Of a stretch of DNA of 64,000 nucleotides, positions 28,348-39,200 are shown one piece after another. The notes beneath the pieces were generated by a model. That model had not been told where the DNA came from. It did no database searches and saw only the letters and a program-made list of their open reading frames with translations. Source of the DNA: a virus (Duplodnaviria > Caudoviricetes); the IMG/VR virus record IMGVR_UViG_3300007754_000852; one strand, 5' to 3'. The first letter of the stretch is position 1. Every line of letters starts with the position of its first letter. The translations under genes and the position numbers were made by a program.

Positions 28348-30279
28348 CTAGATCACATTGAGATCAAGCACCGTCACAGTGCCGTAGAAGTCAGCACGAA
28401 CCATCTTTTTGCCGTATCGAGTCATCACTCCCTTGCGAGGCGTGAAATCCTCTGGAGCAAAGATCGTCGGTGTGACAATTAATGGTACGTACGGAGCGTA
28501 AACGTATCCTGTCTCAAGGTAGCTACCGCCCTTATAACCAACAAGAACCTTGTTGCGTGGGAAGTAGGGGTCCTTATAGACCGTGAAACGGTTGCTCAGC
28601 GTACCGACCGGAGCTGCACCGAGTGTGAACGGATTACCAACCTGACCGTCGCCGTCAAGACTGTAGTTAGGCTTGTAAAGAACTGATGCCTCGAATACCG
28701 TTGACACCTCAGGTGAGCAAACGATGAAGTTTGCAGAACCGCGAAGAGTCTTACGGTGAATCTCATTAGCGACATCGATGATCGTCTCAACTAGCGTCTC
28801 ATACCACTCACGGACCGTACCTGTGAAGCTAGGACCGGAAGCTAGAGTGCTAGAAAGAGTAGCCTCTGTACCGTTTGTCTTGTTAACGAACTTACCTGGC
28901 ATGCGTGACCAGTAGTAGTTAGCACCTGCTGCCTCGACCAGGAGATCGTTTAGGATCTCACGGTCGATCTCAAGAGCTACCTGCTCAGAGAGGATCTGTG
29001 TTAGCTCGACCTCAGCATCCATGCTGTGGTAGGCGTTAAGATCCTGTGCGAGCTCTGGTGACCAGCGAGCACGTAGCTTGCGTGTCTGAGCTGTTACAGC
29101 GATTGACTCGATCTTGATGTCGATCTCAGGGATCGCCGGGGAGGGCGATGACGCGAAATCAGACTCAAACGATGGAATCGTGAGAGCAGAGCCGTCAGAT
29201 GTATCGATGTCAAGTGACGCAGCCAATGCGTATGATGCAGTTAGGTTAGCAACACCAGCCGGATGGGCCTTGTGAGATCCTGTAACAACAACAAGAAGAG
29301 CGGCATTTGCAGACGTTCTTCCAATGAGAGGATCTGACGTGAACTGACCGTTAGCATATGTTCCCACCTGGTTCAGACGTCTGACGTTAACAAGGTTCTT
29401 GCCACCCTGAACTGACTCAGGTACGGCTGAAAGACCGTTTCCGCCTCCGCCTTGATCTGAACCGAGGTCAGCATCTGTGAACAGTGAGACATCCTTAGCC
29501 TGTGTTGTATCCATAGAGTTGAACACTGAGGAGGCTAGATCAAGAATCACGAACTGGAACTCACCAGTTGTGTTCTGTGCTGTGTCATCGTCAATGAGGT
29601 TTGTTAGCTGTGGATCGAACTGTAGAAGTCGACCGTCAGTACCCGTTGATGCACAGACGCGACCATCTTGTAACGTTGAGTTACCCTGGAAGGCACCTGA
29701 TGCCAAGACGTTTGATGTCTGAACAATAGATGAGCTGTGAACCTTGGTATACGATGTTCCAACTAGATCATACTGACCACCGACAGCCAAAGATCCGCTT
29801 TGGACACCCTTGCCTGTGGGGTTGTTGTAGATCGACTGACCCTTACCGTATGTCTGCGCATTTGCTGCACCTGCGGCACCTGTCTGGAGATTTGAATCAC
29901 CGCCGATGCGGGTTCCATATGTGTAATCCAGATAGAAGAGCAGACCAGAGGGAAGGCTCATAGGCTGAATTGATACCAACTCATTAGATACGAGACCACC
30001 GAAGACCCTGCGGACGATCGGGAAGGCGATGTTTGTGAAACCACGAAGATCGCCAGATGTTGTCATGTTTGCTGCGCCTGTTGACAGAGAGTTTTGCTCT
30101 CTTAACAGCTGTGCAGCCTGATTCTCAAGAAGTCGAGACATGATCTCTCTATTGTGATCAGCGAGACCACGAAGAAGACCTGTTCTAGACCACTTTTCAA
30201 TCAGTCGTTGACCTTCAGCACCGACATTTCTCTGCCTGATGCCTTCTGTCAACTGTTCTAGTGTAAATGATTTTGCCAT
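28348..30279 (-). CDS. gp23: Major capsid protein (T4 gp23-like, 643 aa)
   Basis: FPIVRRVFGGL..ELVSIQPMSLPSGLLFYLD; TRKLRARWSPELAQDLNAYH; EIDREIL; VGYKGGSYLETGYVYAPYVPL; FTPRKGVMTRYG. Confidence 0.95.
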   Translation of the reverse strand: MAKSFTLEQLTEGIRQRNVGAEGQRLIEKWSRTGLLRGLADHNREIMSRLLENQAAQLLREQNSLSTGAANMTTSGDLRGFTNIAFPIVRRVFGGLVSNELVSIQPMSLPSGLLFYLDYTYGTRIGGDSNLQTGAAGAANAQTYGKGQSIYNNPTGKGVQSGSLAVGGQYDLVGTSYTKVHSSSIVQTSNVLASGAFQGNSTLQDGRVCASTGTDGRLLQFDPQLTNLIDDDTAQNTTGEFQFVILDLASSVFNSMDTTQAKDVSLFTDADLGSDQGGGGNGLSAVPESVQGGKNLVNVRRLNQVGTYANGQFTSDPLIGRTSANAALLVVVTGSHKAHPAGVANLTASYALAASLDIDTSDGSALTIPSFESDFASSPSPAIPEIDIKIESIAVTAQTRKLRARWSPELAQDLNAYHSMDAEVELTQILSEQVALEIDREILNDLLVEAAGANYYWSRMPGKFVNKTNGTEATLSSTLASGPSFTGTVREWYETLVETIIDVANEIHRKTLRGSANFIVCSPEVSTVFEASVLYKPNYSLDGDGQVGNPFTLGAAPVGTLSNRFTVYKDPYFPRNKVLVGYKGGSYLETGYVYAPYVPLIVTPTIFAPEDFTPRKGVMTRYGKKMVRADFYGTVTVLDLNVI

Positions 30280-30323
30280 TATCTTTCCTTGTTAAGCAGT
30301 TGTTAAGTTATTTACCTGTTATT

Positions 30324-31727
30324 TTACTTTAACCCAGCAAGCTTAGCCCATCGTGAAACCTCTGTTGCCTCTGATAGCTGAGCTGATGCTCGTTTCGTCG
30401 GCCTTGAGGAAGCACCAAGTGTTCTTCTTGCTGTTGATTCTGATAGATTCTCTGACTTGCCTTTTGAAAGTGATTCCGTCAGGCTCTTGTATAGCAGCTT
30501 CACCTCTCTTAAGCTTCTCGCATCATCAAGAGACTCGATGATTGATTTCCTCTGTGTCGATGAGACATTTGGATTTTGAAGAAGCTTATTTACGTAAAGA
30601 AGCTTTGCGTTAAACAAATTCAGATCTGTCAACTGCTCACGAAGTGTTTCAACGGCACTTCTGTATTCGTTGAGCTTATTTTTAAGAGCTCGATTCTGAC
30701 GGCTCTCATTGCTAAGACTGCGCTTTAATTTTCGCATCTCTTTTAGAACGTTAATATCCTTGTCACCTAGCTCGAGTGCATCCTTGCCGGCTTTGCCGCC
30801 GCCGAAGTGATGGGCCATTGCCTTGGCCTCGCCCTCAGAGAGCTGGTCACGTAATTTCTTTAGCTCAGATCGAAGAGCACCTTCATCGATCTCATATAAG
30901 ACATCATCCTCTTCCTCAAGATCAGGTAGGTCAGGTAGGTCAGGTAGATCATCCTCCTCTCCTTCCACATCTTCAGGTTCTTCAACTGATTCAACATCAC
31001 CATCCTCTCCTTCCTCATCCTCAACAACACTTACACTTGCTGTTGATAATGCATCACGAAGATCATCAGACAGCTCAACATCACCAAGGTCTAGCTCAAG
31101 GCTCACCTCGTCTAAGCTGTTTTCTGTTAGGTTAAACTCCTTCTCAAGAGCGTTTAGGTCAATTTCATAAAGGACATCGTCATTTTTAGACATATCTTGA
31201 TTCTCCATTTGTGAATCGTCTTGAATATTTATTACTTCACTGTTAAAAAGGTCAGCATTTTCATTAAATTTATTAGCAATAGCTAATAGCTTCTTTTTCT
31301 CATCATCGCATAAGCAGTCAAATGTCTCATTAACAGCAGATCTCATTGCATCTTCCGTCACATCAGAAGACATTGCCTCTGCGGCCTCATTGCCACCTAA
31401 CAACTCAACTAAGGACATCAAGGCCGTCTCATCAAGAGAAACCTCATCTAGATCATCCTCATACACAGGAAGAGGCCTTGTTATCTCATCAACATCGTCT
31501 CCGCCGCCTGGATTTTCAATAGAGTCGTCATCATCGTCAGATGAGCCTGTAAGAACATGGCTGTCATCATCATCAGAATCACTGTTCTCACTAACAAGCT
31601 GTTCCTCTATGAACTTTCTAATTTTTGGTGTAACAGCCTCGATAATAGCATTTTTTGCATTTTGTTCCGCTGTCTCACGGAGCATTCTTGCCTCAGCTAT
31701 TGCCTCATCGTAAAGTGACTTTGACAT
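30324..31727 (-). CDS. Prohead core scaffolding protein (T4 gp22-like), highly acidic
   Basis: Immediately upstream of capsid gene; coiled-coil C-term LNLFNAKLLYVNKL; start revised to ATG at 31727 (MSKSLYDEAIAEA). Confidence 0.75.
   Translation of the reverse strand: MSKSLYDEAIAEARMLRETAEQNAKNAIIEAVTPKIRKFIEEQLVSENSDSDDDDSHVLTGSSDDDDDSIENPGGGDDVDEITRPLPVYEDDLDEVSLDETALMSLVELLGGNEAAEAMSSDVTEDAMRSAVNETFDCLCDDEKKKLLAIANKFNENADLFNSEVINIQDDSQMENQDMSKNDDVLYEIDLNALEKEFNLTENSLDEVSLELDLGDVELSDDLRDALSTASVSVVEDEEGEDGDVESVEEPEDVEGEEDDLPDLPDLPDLEEEDDVLYEIDEGALRSELKKLRDQLSEGEAKAMAHHFGGGKAGKDALELGDKDINVLKEMRKLKRSLSNESRQNRALKNKLNEYRSAVETLREQLTDLNLFNAKLLYVNKLLQNPNVSSTQRKSIIESLDDARSLREVKLLYKSLTESLSKGKSENLSESTARRTLGASSRPTKRASAQLSEATEVSRWAKLAGLK
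30922..30947 (-). repeat. 9-bp tandem repeat x~3 encoding DLPDLPDL within the scaffold
   Basis: tcaggtagg-tcaggtagg-tcaggtag on plus strand. Confidence 0.85.
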
Positions 31728-31770
31728 TTTTTCCCTCGTCATTACTTAATTATTATGCAAATTAATAAAA

Positions 31771-32400
31771 TTACTCATCTTCATCATCTAGAAGCATCAG
31801 TATTCTAATGTGTTGTTTTATTAATGATCTCTCATCATCACTCAAGATGTCAGATATTTCAAATGCACTTATGTCATCATCAACAGGATCATTCACTGGT
31901 GCTCTTGATGTTCCATATACAGTGCCAGTTCTTTTTGGTGGGCCTGTTGTTCTAAATGCCTGACCTGAACCGCCTGTTCCGATTGGCGGGCCGCTGAAGC
32001 CTTTAGGATATAAAACGTTATGAGAGAACGGAGCTATTCCAGATGACGCCTTTGGCATTCCCTTTTCTGCAAGGGGTGCAAGATCAAATCTCTGATTGGT
32101 TGCAAATGATGCTCTATCAGCCCTTCTGCTAGGATCGGCCCTGACATGGACTTGATTTATCTTTGATACGAAGTCATCGACATCGTCTAGATCATCAAAC
32201 ATCTCATCAAAGAACTCATCCTCCTCGTCATCATCAAACTCATATCTCGGAGGTTCGACATAGATTCCGCTTTCTCCAGATATCGGTCTTTCAGATCCCA
32301 GTCCGGTTCCCATGCTCGGGATCTTAGACTGAGACTTGCCGTAACCGTGGCCCTGTCTTGAGTCATAGTTTCCAGGATTATAATAGCTCTGTTTAGGCAT
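31771..32400 (-). CDS. Hypothetical head-cluster protein (209 aa)
   Basis: Clean ORF coupled to the neighbouring stop (TGATG); Pro/Gly-rich with acidic patch. Confidence 0.75.
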   Translation of the reverse strand: MPKQSYYNPGNYDSRQGHGYGKSQSKIPSMGTGLGSERPISGESGIYVEPPRYEFDDDEEDEFFDEMFDDLDDVDDFVSKINQVHVRADPSRRADRASFATNQRFDLAPLAEKGMPKASSGIAPFSHNVLYPKGFSGPPIGTGGSGQAFRTTGPPKRTGTVYGTSRAPVNDPVDDDISAFEISDILSDDERSLIKQHIRILMLLDDEDE

Positions 32401-32903
32401 CAGCCCTTGCCGTCTGAGCCCTGATATGACCTTCCAGAAATATACTGTCCGATTTTTTGTGACGCTATTCTTCCAGATGTATCAGAAGGTGACGTCTGGC
32501 CACCAAGACCAGATCCAAATTCAACACCGCTCTCAGGCAGGTCACCTTCAAAAGGCGCCTGATCGTTTGGAAATACACTACCTGGACCAGGGGATGTGAT
32601 GTTTGGAACATACGGTGACGAAGGAAGTCCGCCGCCGCCTGTCTTGACATCACTAAGAACAGGAGTTGGATCATTTGATGTTCCAATGAAGTCCCTGTTA
32701 AATGAATTTGTTCCGAGGCCGTTTAGCACCTCACCATTCAATGCCAGGCTTTCATATTCCTCTCTTCTCTCGTCATCGGTGAGGTCACCGCTGTAAATAG
32801 GTGATGACGAAAATGACTTCTGCAAGTTATTCTCATTTCTGGCACCTAGCGGGCTCTTTGATGCAGGGGCTGCCTCAACTGTTATCTGCTTAACCTCAGG
32901 CAT
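32400..32903 (-). CDS. Hypothetical Pro/Gly/Ser-rich head-cluster protein (167 aa)
   Basis: Clean ORF abutting both neighbours. Confidence 0.75.
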   Translation of the reverse strand: MPEVKQITVEAAPASKSPLGARNENNLQKSFSSSPIYSGDLTDDERREEYESLALNGEVLNGLGTNSFNRDFIGTSNDPTPVLSDVKTGGGGLPSSPYVPNITSPGPGSVFPNDQAPFEGDLPESGVEFGSGLGGQTSPSDTSGRIASQKIGQYISGRSYQGSDGKG

Positions 32904-32904
32904 C

Positions 32905-33168
32905 TTATAGATCCTTCATGATCTGCGACTTGATCGCATTTCGAATTCGCCTGACACGCTTTAAGTTTTTGATTAATCTCGCCTCAGCCAATCCTAGCTT
33001 TTTGGCATGGTCAATCTTGTGAGATAGTGTTCCTGCAAGAGAATCAGCATCGACCTCTTTTGCATCGTCAGATGATGCGCCAGGAAGCCCAGACTCTTCT
33101 AACTTTCTCTTTTCATCAAGAACCATCTGCTTTAAAAGATCAGATGTTAGCTTCTTTACAGTTGACAT
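32905..33168 (-). CDS. Hypothetical head-cluster protein (87 aa)
   Basis: GGAG SD; leader KKLTSDLLKQMVLDE. Confidence 0.75.
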   Translation of the reverse strand: MSTVKKLTSDLLKQMVLDEKRKLEESGLPGASSDDAKEVDADSLAGTLSHKIDHAKKLGLAEARLIKNLKRVRRIRNAIKSQIMKDL

Positions 33169-33226
33169 GATAATTCTCCTAATATATGCATGAAATACAT
33201 ATTCTAGAATTTAAAAACTATTATGT

Positions 33227-33682
33227 CTACCGTGACTTATTTGTGCTATCTGAAAATGCTAGTGCCGCCCAGTTTCCAGCTGACTCACTAAACAGATCGA
33301 GGGGATCACTCTGTGCTGCAATCATCGAGGCCCTGTCGCTTGTCGGACCAGTTCTCGTTGACGATGCCTGCTCCTGGAGAGTTGTAAGAGCTGTATCTTT
33401 AAATATTGACGCCATGACAGGATCAGATGTCATCGCTGCTGCCGCTGATTCAGCAAGGACTGACTCATCCTGGCTGTCGTCTCTATTTTGACCCCACTCT
33501 ATTCTATCAAGTGACTGTGACCGACCTGACACCTTGGGCTCTTTTATCGTTGTCATCTGTGAACGATCTTCAACACGTGATGTCTGGATGATTGATGTCC
33601 CGCTAAGACCTTCTTGCAATATTTCAACAAGACATTCCTTGACGATTCCCTTTAAGTCACCCTTGCTTAATCTTTTACTCAT
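33227..33682 (-). CDS. Hypothetical head-cluster protein (151 aa)
   Basis: Leader KRLSKGDLKGIVKECLVE; follows the protease gene. Confidence 0.75.
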   Translation of the reverse strand: MSKRLSKGDLKGIVKECLVEILQEGLSGTSIIQTSRVEDRSQMTTIKEPKVSGRSQSLDRIEWGQNRDDSQDESVLAESAAAAMTSDPVMASIFKDTALTTLQEQASSTRTGPTSDRASMIAAQSDPLDLFSESAGNWAALAFSDSTNKSR

Positions 33683-33687
33683 CTTTT

Positions 33688-35358
33688 CTACCAGGATAAA
33701 ATTTCATTAAAAATTCTATCAATCTTATCCGTCTTAGTAAAAATCCTATCTAGATCTTTTTGATCTATCTTTCTTGATTCACGAAGCATGAAAGCACCGG
33801 GCGTGCTTGGCTCAGATACCATATCAAAGCAGATTAATTGAAAATCTTCCTGGACGATCTGGCTATCTCCTTGCTGTCTTGTAGACCCTACACCTCTAGA
33901 TGAAATACCCAGAGTCACGCCAGATTCAACCAGGCTCTGTAAGATCTTTCCACTGGGTGTGTTAAGTAGCTCAATTGATCCAACAACGGCGTCACCTTCC
34001 ATCCTTGCCTCACGAATAATGTGAGATGCATTTTTTAACTCAACAACACTATGTTCTGGATGATCACAGTTACCTGTCCAAAATTGCTTGCCGTTTCTTC
34101 GTGCCATCCAGTTTCCATTAGGTGTTGTAACACAGTAAACATTGCTATCATGATCAACTTCATCAATTTTCATGAATCTTAGGTCTAGACCAATGTGCTT
34201 TGCATGATTTTCAGATATCAGCCACATTGGCTTTGAATTCTCAGCAAGAATCATCCTTCCAGGCTCAATCTCTCTATCTTTTTGTAAATATGATCTCGTG
34301 TTGCTTCCAACTCCAAGCTTCATAAATAACTCACTCACATCTTGAGCAAGCTCAGGAGATGTAGTGCAATACTCTCTAACAAGCCTTCCTCTAATTACTC
34401 TATTTCTTCCATCACCTATCAAAAGCCACGTCATCAATGTTTCAAGATGCTCTTTAGACCACTCTAGAATCTCATCCGGTATTCTCTTTTGTGAACTATG
34501 CCCTAGCTCATAAAGATAGCTGTGCAAGCCTTTATGAGAGCATGTAAAGTCAATTGTTTCACCGTCTGCTCTAGCACATTCTCTCCACTCTAGCGGCATA
34601 TCCCTAAGAAGATCACGAATCATCTTTACGTTCTCTGCCTTCTTTTGTGTTATCTGCACCTTATTAGAAGAAGAATAACCACTCTTTGTTCCAGCTGCAC
34701 AGCCTTCAGAAATGTATATTCCCATAAAGCCCGCCCAGACGTGAGGATCGACATTTAAGTCAGTTCCAGGTATGTTATATATCTCTGGAGTTTCTCCAAC
34801 CCATTCTGACCTGAAGCTTAAACCGCAGTGTGATAACCAGCTTGATTCCTCATTATACAGATCATAAACTGACTGTGCTGTCATATACGTCGGCTTATTG
34901 TTCCTGTCATATAACAGCACCTTGTGGTCAGGCGTTAACTTCATATCAAGAGATCTAGCATTGTAAAAATGAAGCATTTTTCCACTATAGTGCTTATTTG
35001 TAATGTGAAGTATCTCTTGTTCTTTTAGCTCATTTGTTTCTGTATTTAATGTAAATACTCTATCATCTGGTCTTAGGTCTTTGAAGTTTAACCAGCCTCT
35101 CTTTGTAAAAATTTGAGTCTCTTCATCGACGCACTCACCCAAGGCCCTATTTTCCTTAATAAATTTTTGATAATTAAGAATCTCTCTCTCAAGAATCGAT
35201 ATAGGATATATCCTTCCGTTTTGGTTTACCGTATTTGCACGTTGCAAAACGCCCTTTAAAACAACCTTTCCGCCATTTCTATCTCTTGACTCTTTAATTG
35301 TCTGTGCACTATACTGTAGCGGAGTCCACTCAGTAAGAAGCTGTAGCTTATTTTCCAT
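33688..35358 (-). CDS. gp21: Prohead protease (T4 gp21-like) containing one intein
   Basis: NQNGRIYP, RALGE|CDHP, LGISSRGVGS, FDMVSEPSTPGA. Confidence 0.92.
   Translation of the reverse strand: MENKLQLLTEWTPLQYSAQTIKESRDRNGGKVVLKGVLQRANTVNQNGRIYPISILEREILNYQKFIKENRALGECVDEETQIFTKRGWLNFKDLRPDDRVFTLNTETNELKEQEILHITNKHYSGKMLHFYNARSLDMKLTPDHKVLLYDRNNKPTYMTAQSVYDLYNEESSWLSHCGLSFRSEWVGETPEIYNIPGTDLNVDPHVWAGFMGIYISEGCAAGTKSGYSSSNKVQITQKKAENVKMIRDLLRDMPLEWRECARADGETIDFTCSHKGLHSYLYELGHSSQKRIPDEILEWSKEHLETLMTWLLIGDGRNRVIRGRLVREYCTTSPELAQDVSELFMKLGVGSNTRSYLQKDREIEPGRMILAENSKPMWLISENHAKHIGLDLRFMKIDEVDHDSNVYCVTTPNGNWMARRNGKQFWTGNCDHPEHSVVELKNASHIIREARMEGDAVVGSIELLNTPSGKILQSLVESGVTLGISSRGVGSTRQQGDSQIVQEDFQLICFDMVSEPSTPGAFMLRESRKIDQKDLDRIFTKTDKIDRIFNEILSW
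34069..35133 (-). mobile_element. Intein (355 aa) with LAGLIDADG-type endonuclease in the protease
   Basis: Begins CVDEETQIFTKRGW, ends FWTGN, followed by Cys+1; FMGIYISEG and WLLIGDG helices. Confidence 0.9.
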
Positions 35359-36208
35359 TTAATTCCTCTACTATCTCATTCTTTAGCTGTGATATGACTA
35401 GGAATCTAGATATCACCTCATCAGAAACAGATTCTGTCTGTTCAGAACTAACCTTATCACTAACTGCATCGATCTTTTCAAGGATTGTATTATTATCTGT
35501 GCTACGCTTAAGCCTATCAAGCTCACTAATCGTGTTGCTTTTAATCTCTAATAGCGTCTCACTTATTGACATACCGTTCCACCCGCTCTCAGATGAAAAC
35601 ACATATGACCTAATCAATGTCTTCTGATCGTTACTTAAAGAGCCGCCGTATCTCTTGTTGAACTTTTCTGTCATCAGCTTAATAACTAGCTCATCCACAT
35701 CGTTATTAATATTTTCCTCAATTGACTTCTCGACCTTTTCTGACAACAGCCACTCAACAACCTTTGACTCAAATTGAACAACCTTTGACAGATCTGATCT
35801 ATCGCTTTTCCTCCACTCATTTAATAACGTCTGAATTGTGGCATACGTCGTATACTCTGGAATTCTCCTGTGATAGAAGCTCTTATCGTCTAACGTGTGA
35901 TTGATATCCCTTATGAGCATTGACTTCTCACGATCAAGACGCTTAGTGTTGCATCTTCTTGCAGCATACTTGGCCTCTGTTAGGATGCTTGCTGCAACAG
36001 GTGTGTCACTAACAGTCGTCTTTGCAAGCGCGTTAAACAGCCTGAATTCCTTATATAGCTCCGTTGACTTGTGGAACCTTCTCTCAATTATATCAAGGGC
36101 CGTCTTTGCCGCTGCCTTGTCGCCTCTGATCAGTGAGTCAGATATGTTTCTGAGAAGAAGCTCATATATTATTCCGATGTTTCTCTTCTTATTATGAGAT
36201 CTTGCCAT
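35348..36208 (-). CDS. Hypothetical head-cluster protein (286 aa)
   Basis: MARSHNKKRNIGIIYELL; helical; between portal and protease, overlapping both. Confidence 0.8.
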   Translation of the reverse strand: MARSHNKKRNIGIIYELLLRNISDSLIRGDKAAAKTALDIIERRFHKSTELYKEFRLFNALAKTTVSDTPVAASILTEAKYAARRCNTKRLDREKSMLIRDINHTLDDKSFYHRRIPEYTTYATIQTLLNEWRKSDRSDLSKVVQFESKVVEWLLSEKVEKSIEENINNDVDELVIKLMTEKFNKRYGGSLSNDQKTLIRSYVFSSESGWNGMSISETLLEIKSNTISELDRLKRSTDNNTILEKIDAVSDKVSSEQTESVSDEVISRFLVISQLKNEIVEELNGK

Positions 36209-36215
36209 TTTGGAA

Positions 36216-39200
36216 TCAATCCTCCTCTGATGAATTATCGTTCTCAGAGATCACCCTTCTACGATTACTTATGGTGTTCCCAAGAGATTTTAATGACGAC
36301 CTTACGTCTGATGTCATTTTATTCTGCGTTTCTATCTTATCATCTATCATGTCCATAAACTCTGCATCATCCATCTCAGACAGGGTGGGAATTGAAACCC
36401 TCACAAGTCCTCTGAGGTCTGATCTGTCTTGATATCTCTTTTGTTTCATCCCAAATGGGTGTGTGATTGAGTCAGATGCGTTATTTCTGTCATGTGAAAC
36501 GATCCGAGAATGATCTGTGTCATTATTGTTTCTACCTCTTCTACGTTTTCTCTTCTCATCCTCAACTTCAGCCGGTGTCTTATCGTCGTCGTCATCATCG
36601 TCATCAACAACCTCAGAGAGCCTATCAACCGTTCCCTGTGCTGTTATCGGAGATGTCTCATCCCTAATTGATAGAGAGCCAAGATCAATCTCGTCGAACT
36701 CCCTGACTCCAGAAGATGTTAGAAGGTCAAGTCCAGAGCTATTTCTGTCATCTCCCGCAAGGGCTAGATCAGCTACGGCAGGCTCCTCATCTTCAGGCTC
36801 CTCAGATTCTGGACCCATTGCTAGCTCATCTGCTCCCTCTGGCTCATCACCAGGTAGGTGGACAGCCTCGACCTTGAGATCCATCAGCCTGTCACCGAAC
36901 CTTCCCTTGGAGATCTTATCTATCTCATCGTCTGTCATGTTAAAGATGTTTCTTCTTAACCACTCTCTGTCAACAAGCCCTTCTATTCCGGATGCTGACC
37001 CTGCGATCTCGAATCTTGACCTAAACAGCTCTAGCTTCTGCTGCTGTGCGATAGTGCTTGGGTTAGATAGCTGTAATGTGAAATCTAGAAGATCCTCACC
37101 CTCAAACCCATTGCAGAACAGGTGAATGATAGCTATCTTATTCATCTCTGCAATTATTGTTCTCTGGATTCTTGCAATGGTTCTTGAAAAACGTATGTCT
37201 TCTTGAGAGTTATGAACAAATATTTCTGCAGCGAGAGCAAAGTTATGATGTGTGTCAACAGTTATGTCATAAACCAACTCTGGCTCATCTAGCTTTACTA
37301 TCTCAATATTTGCAATCTTATGGTTGGAATTAATGTTATCTTCTAATAAATTGTCTTCACAATGTGTCATCGGGCTTTCACCAATACTTAAGTCCTCTGC
37401 ATTTGTGTATAGACCATCTTTCATTAAAAACGGGTGATTATCTGTGCATTCAACAATTTTGCCATTGTCGAGTGTAACTCTATAAAGCTCAGTGACCTCT
37501 TTTGTAGCCCACGCGTTTGTGATATTTCCGAATGTTGTTCTCTTATTATCATGATCATATGAATAAACTTTTAACTTTTTGCCATCATTAAATTCATTTA
37601 CAATATCCAGAATAGAAAGTTTTCTTCCGTCAACAAGGCATATTTCTGTATTTCCTCTCAGGCATAGTGTTGCCTTTGCACCCAGGCCTTCATCATAGCC
37701 TAGATATGCCTTAGGAATCTTTAACGCTGCAAATAGCTTCTTCTGGATGTATTCGACGTCCTCGATAGCTGTTGCATTTGCCCCGCCGGCAAGTGTATCG
37801 ATCTTGGTGCCTGACTCTCCGCCGCGAACGGGAAGATAATAATCCTCATCGACCGAATTCTTAATAAAAACCCCAGATTCTATTCTCTGATCATCAGAAA
37901 AGCATCTAGAATCGCCCGGAGTTGCAAAGTTATGGTAACCTTCAATTGTTACTGCACCTACATTCTCAGTATGATCTAGAACCTCTACACATACAACTTT
38001 ATGATTAGCATACGAAGCAGCTTGTTTCATCTCAGATCGTGTTTTTCCAGACATCCACGTCCAGTAACAATCTTGTGAGCAAAATGTTTTATAGCTCTTT
38101 ATATCTGTATCACAGCCCCGGCATGCAGAATTTGGCTTATTAAATTTTCCGCCAGATAGATAGGTTGTATCAAATGATTTACCAGTATACCCGTGCGACT
38201 GCAGTATTCTCATAAAATCATATCGACTTATTCCAAAATGCCTGATTATGTCATTTCTAGAAATGTTTATACTGTTACTAGCATATATTTCTATTTCTTT
38301 CCAAGGGGCACGTAATGAAGCATAATAATCTTTTACTTCTCTTAGATTCTTGAACCCATTTTTTCTAAGTTGCTGTATGAATTGACCTTTTGACAATTTA
38401 TCATTAAATCCATTTTCAAAATTTTCATTCAGAGACCTAAGATAAGAAGTAAAATTATTGTCATTATTTAACCAGGTTCTTACCTCATATTCTCTAGCAG
38501 ACGTTGTTAGTTCATTTAATGCTTGGATTACATGGTGAATTAATTCAGAATTTGTTTTAAGAGTTAGAGCATTTACTCTTTTTTCTCTTATTTCACTATT
38601 TTGCCACATCTTTGTATAAATTTCTGGATTTAGCTTTCCAGCTTCCCAAAGATTGATCATGTTTTTTCTAGATGCTTTTCTTCCAGCGGACGACTTGTTT
38701 CTCTCTACGCAGTAATCTCCGTGAATCTTGTGATGTTCTTTCCATGTGCATGGATGCAAGTTATTAGGAGAGTTATTTGTTTTATCGAAATCTACATGAT
38801 GAACAACTTTTCCTTTAATTGCTTCAAAACCAGATTCAGCTATTATATTTGCTCGATGTGTATAAACATAATTTTGTGAATATGGATCATAGATCATTTC
38901 ATATCCATCAATTACTCGCTTATCATCACCTTTCTTTGACCAGCGCTTGTATAGTGGCATCAATGCATCATTTTCGCTTAGATTCTGTGCTTCACAGTAT
39001 TCTCCATTACGAAGCATGAATTTATGATCAGGAGTTACATCAAGCCATTTATTGTTATCTAAATGAACCCTTACTAATTTTGCATTTTCTTTTGTTATCC
39101 CCGCCCACATTACGCGGCCAGGAGCTAATTTCTTTCCATCGCGATCAATAGAATATACCCATTGATCTTTTTGGCCGTTACTTCTTTCTTCAATTAGATC

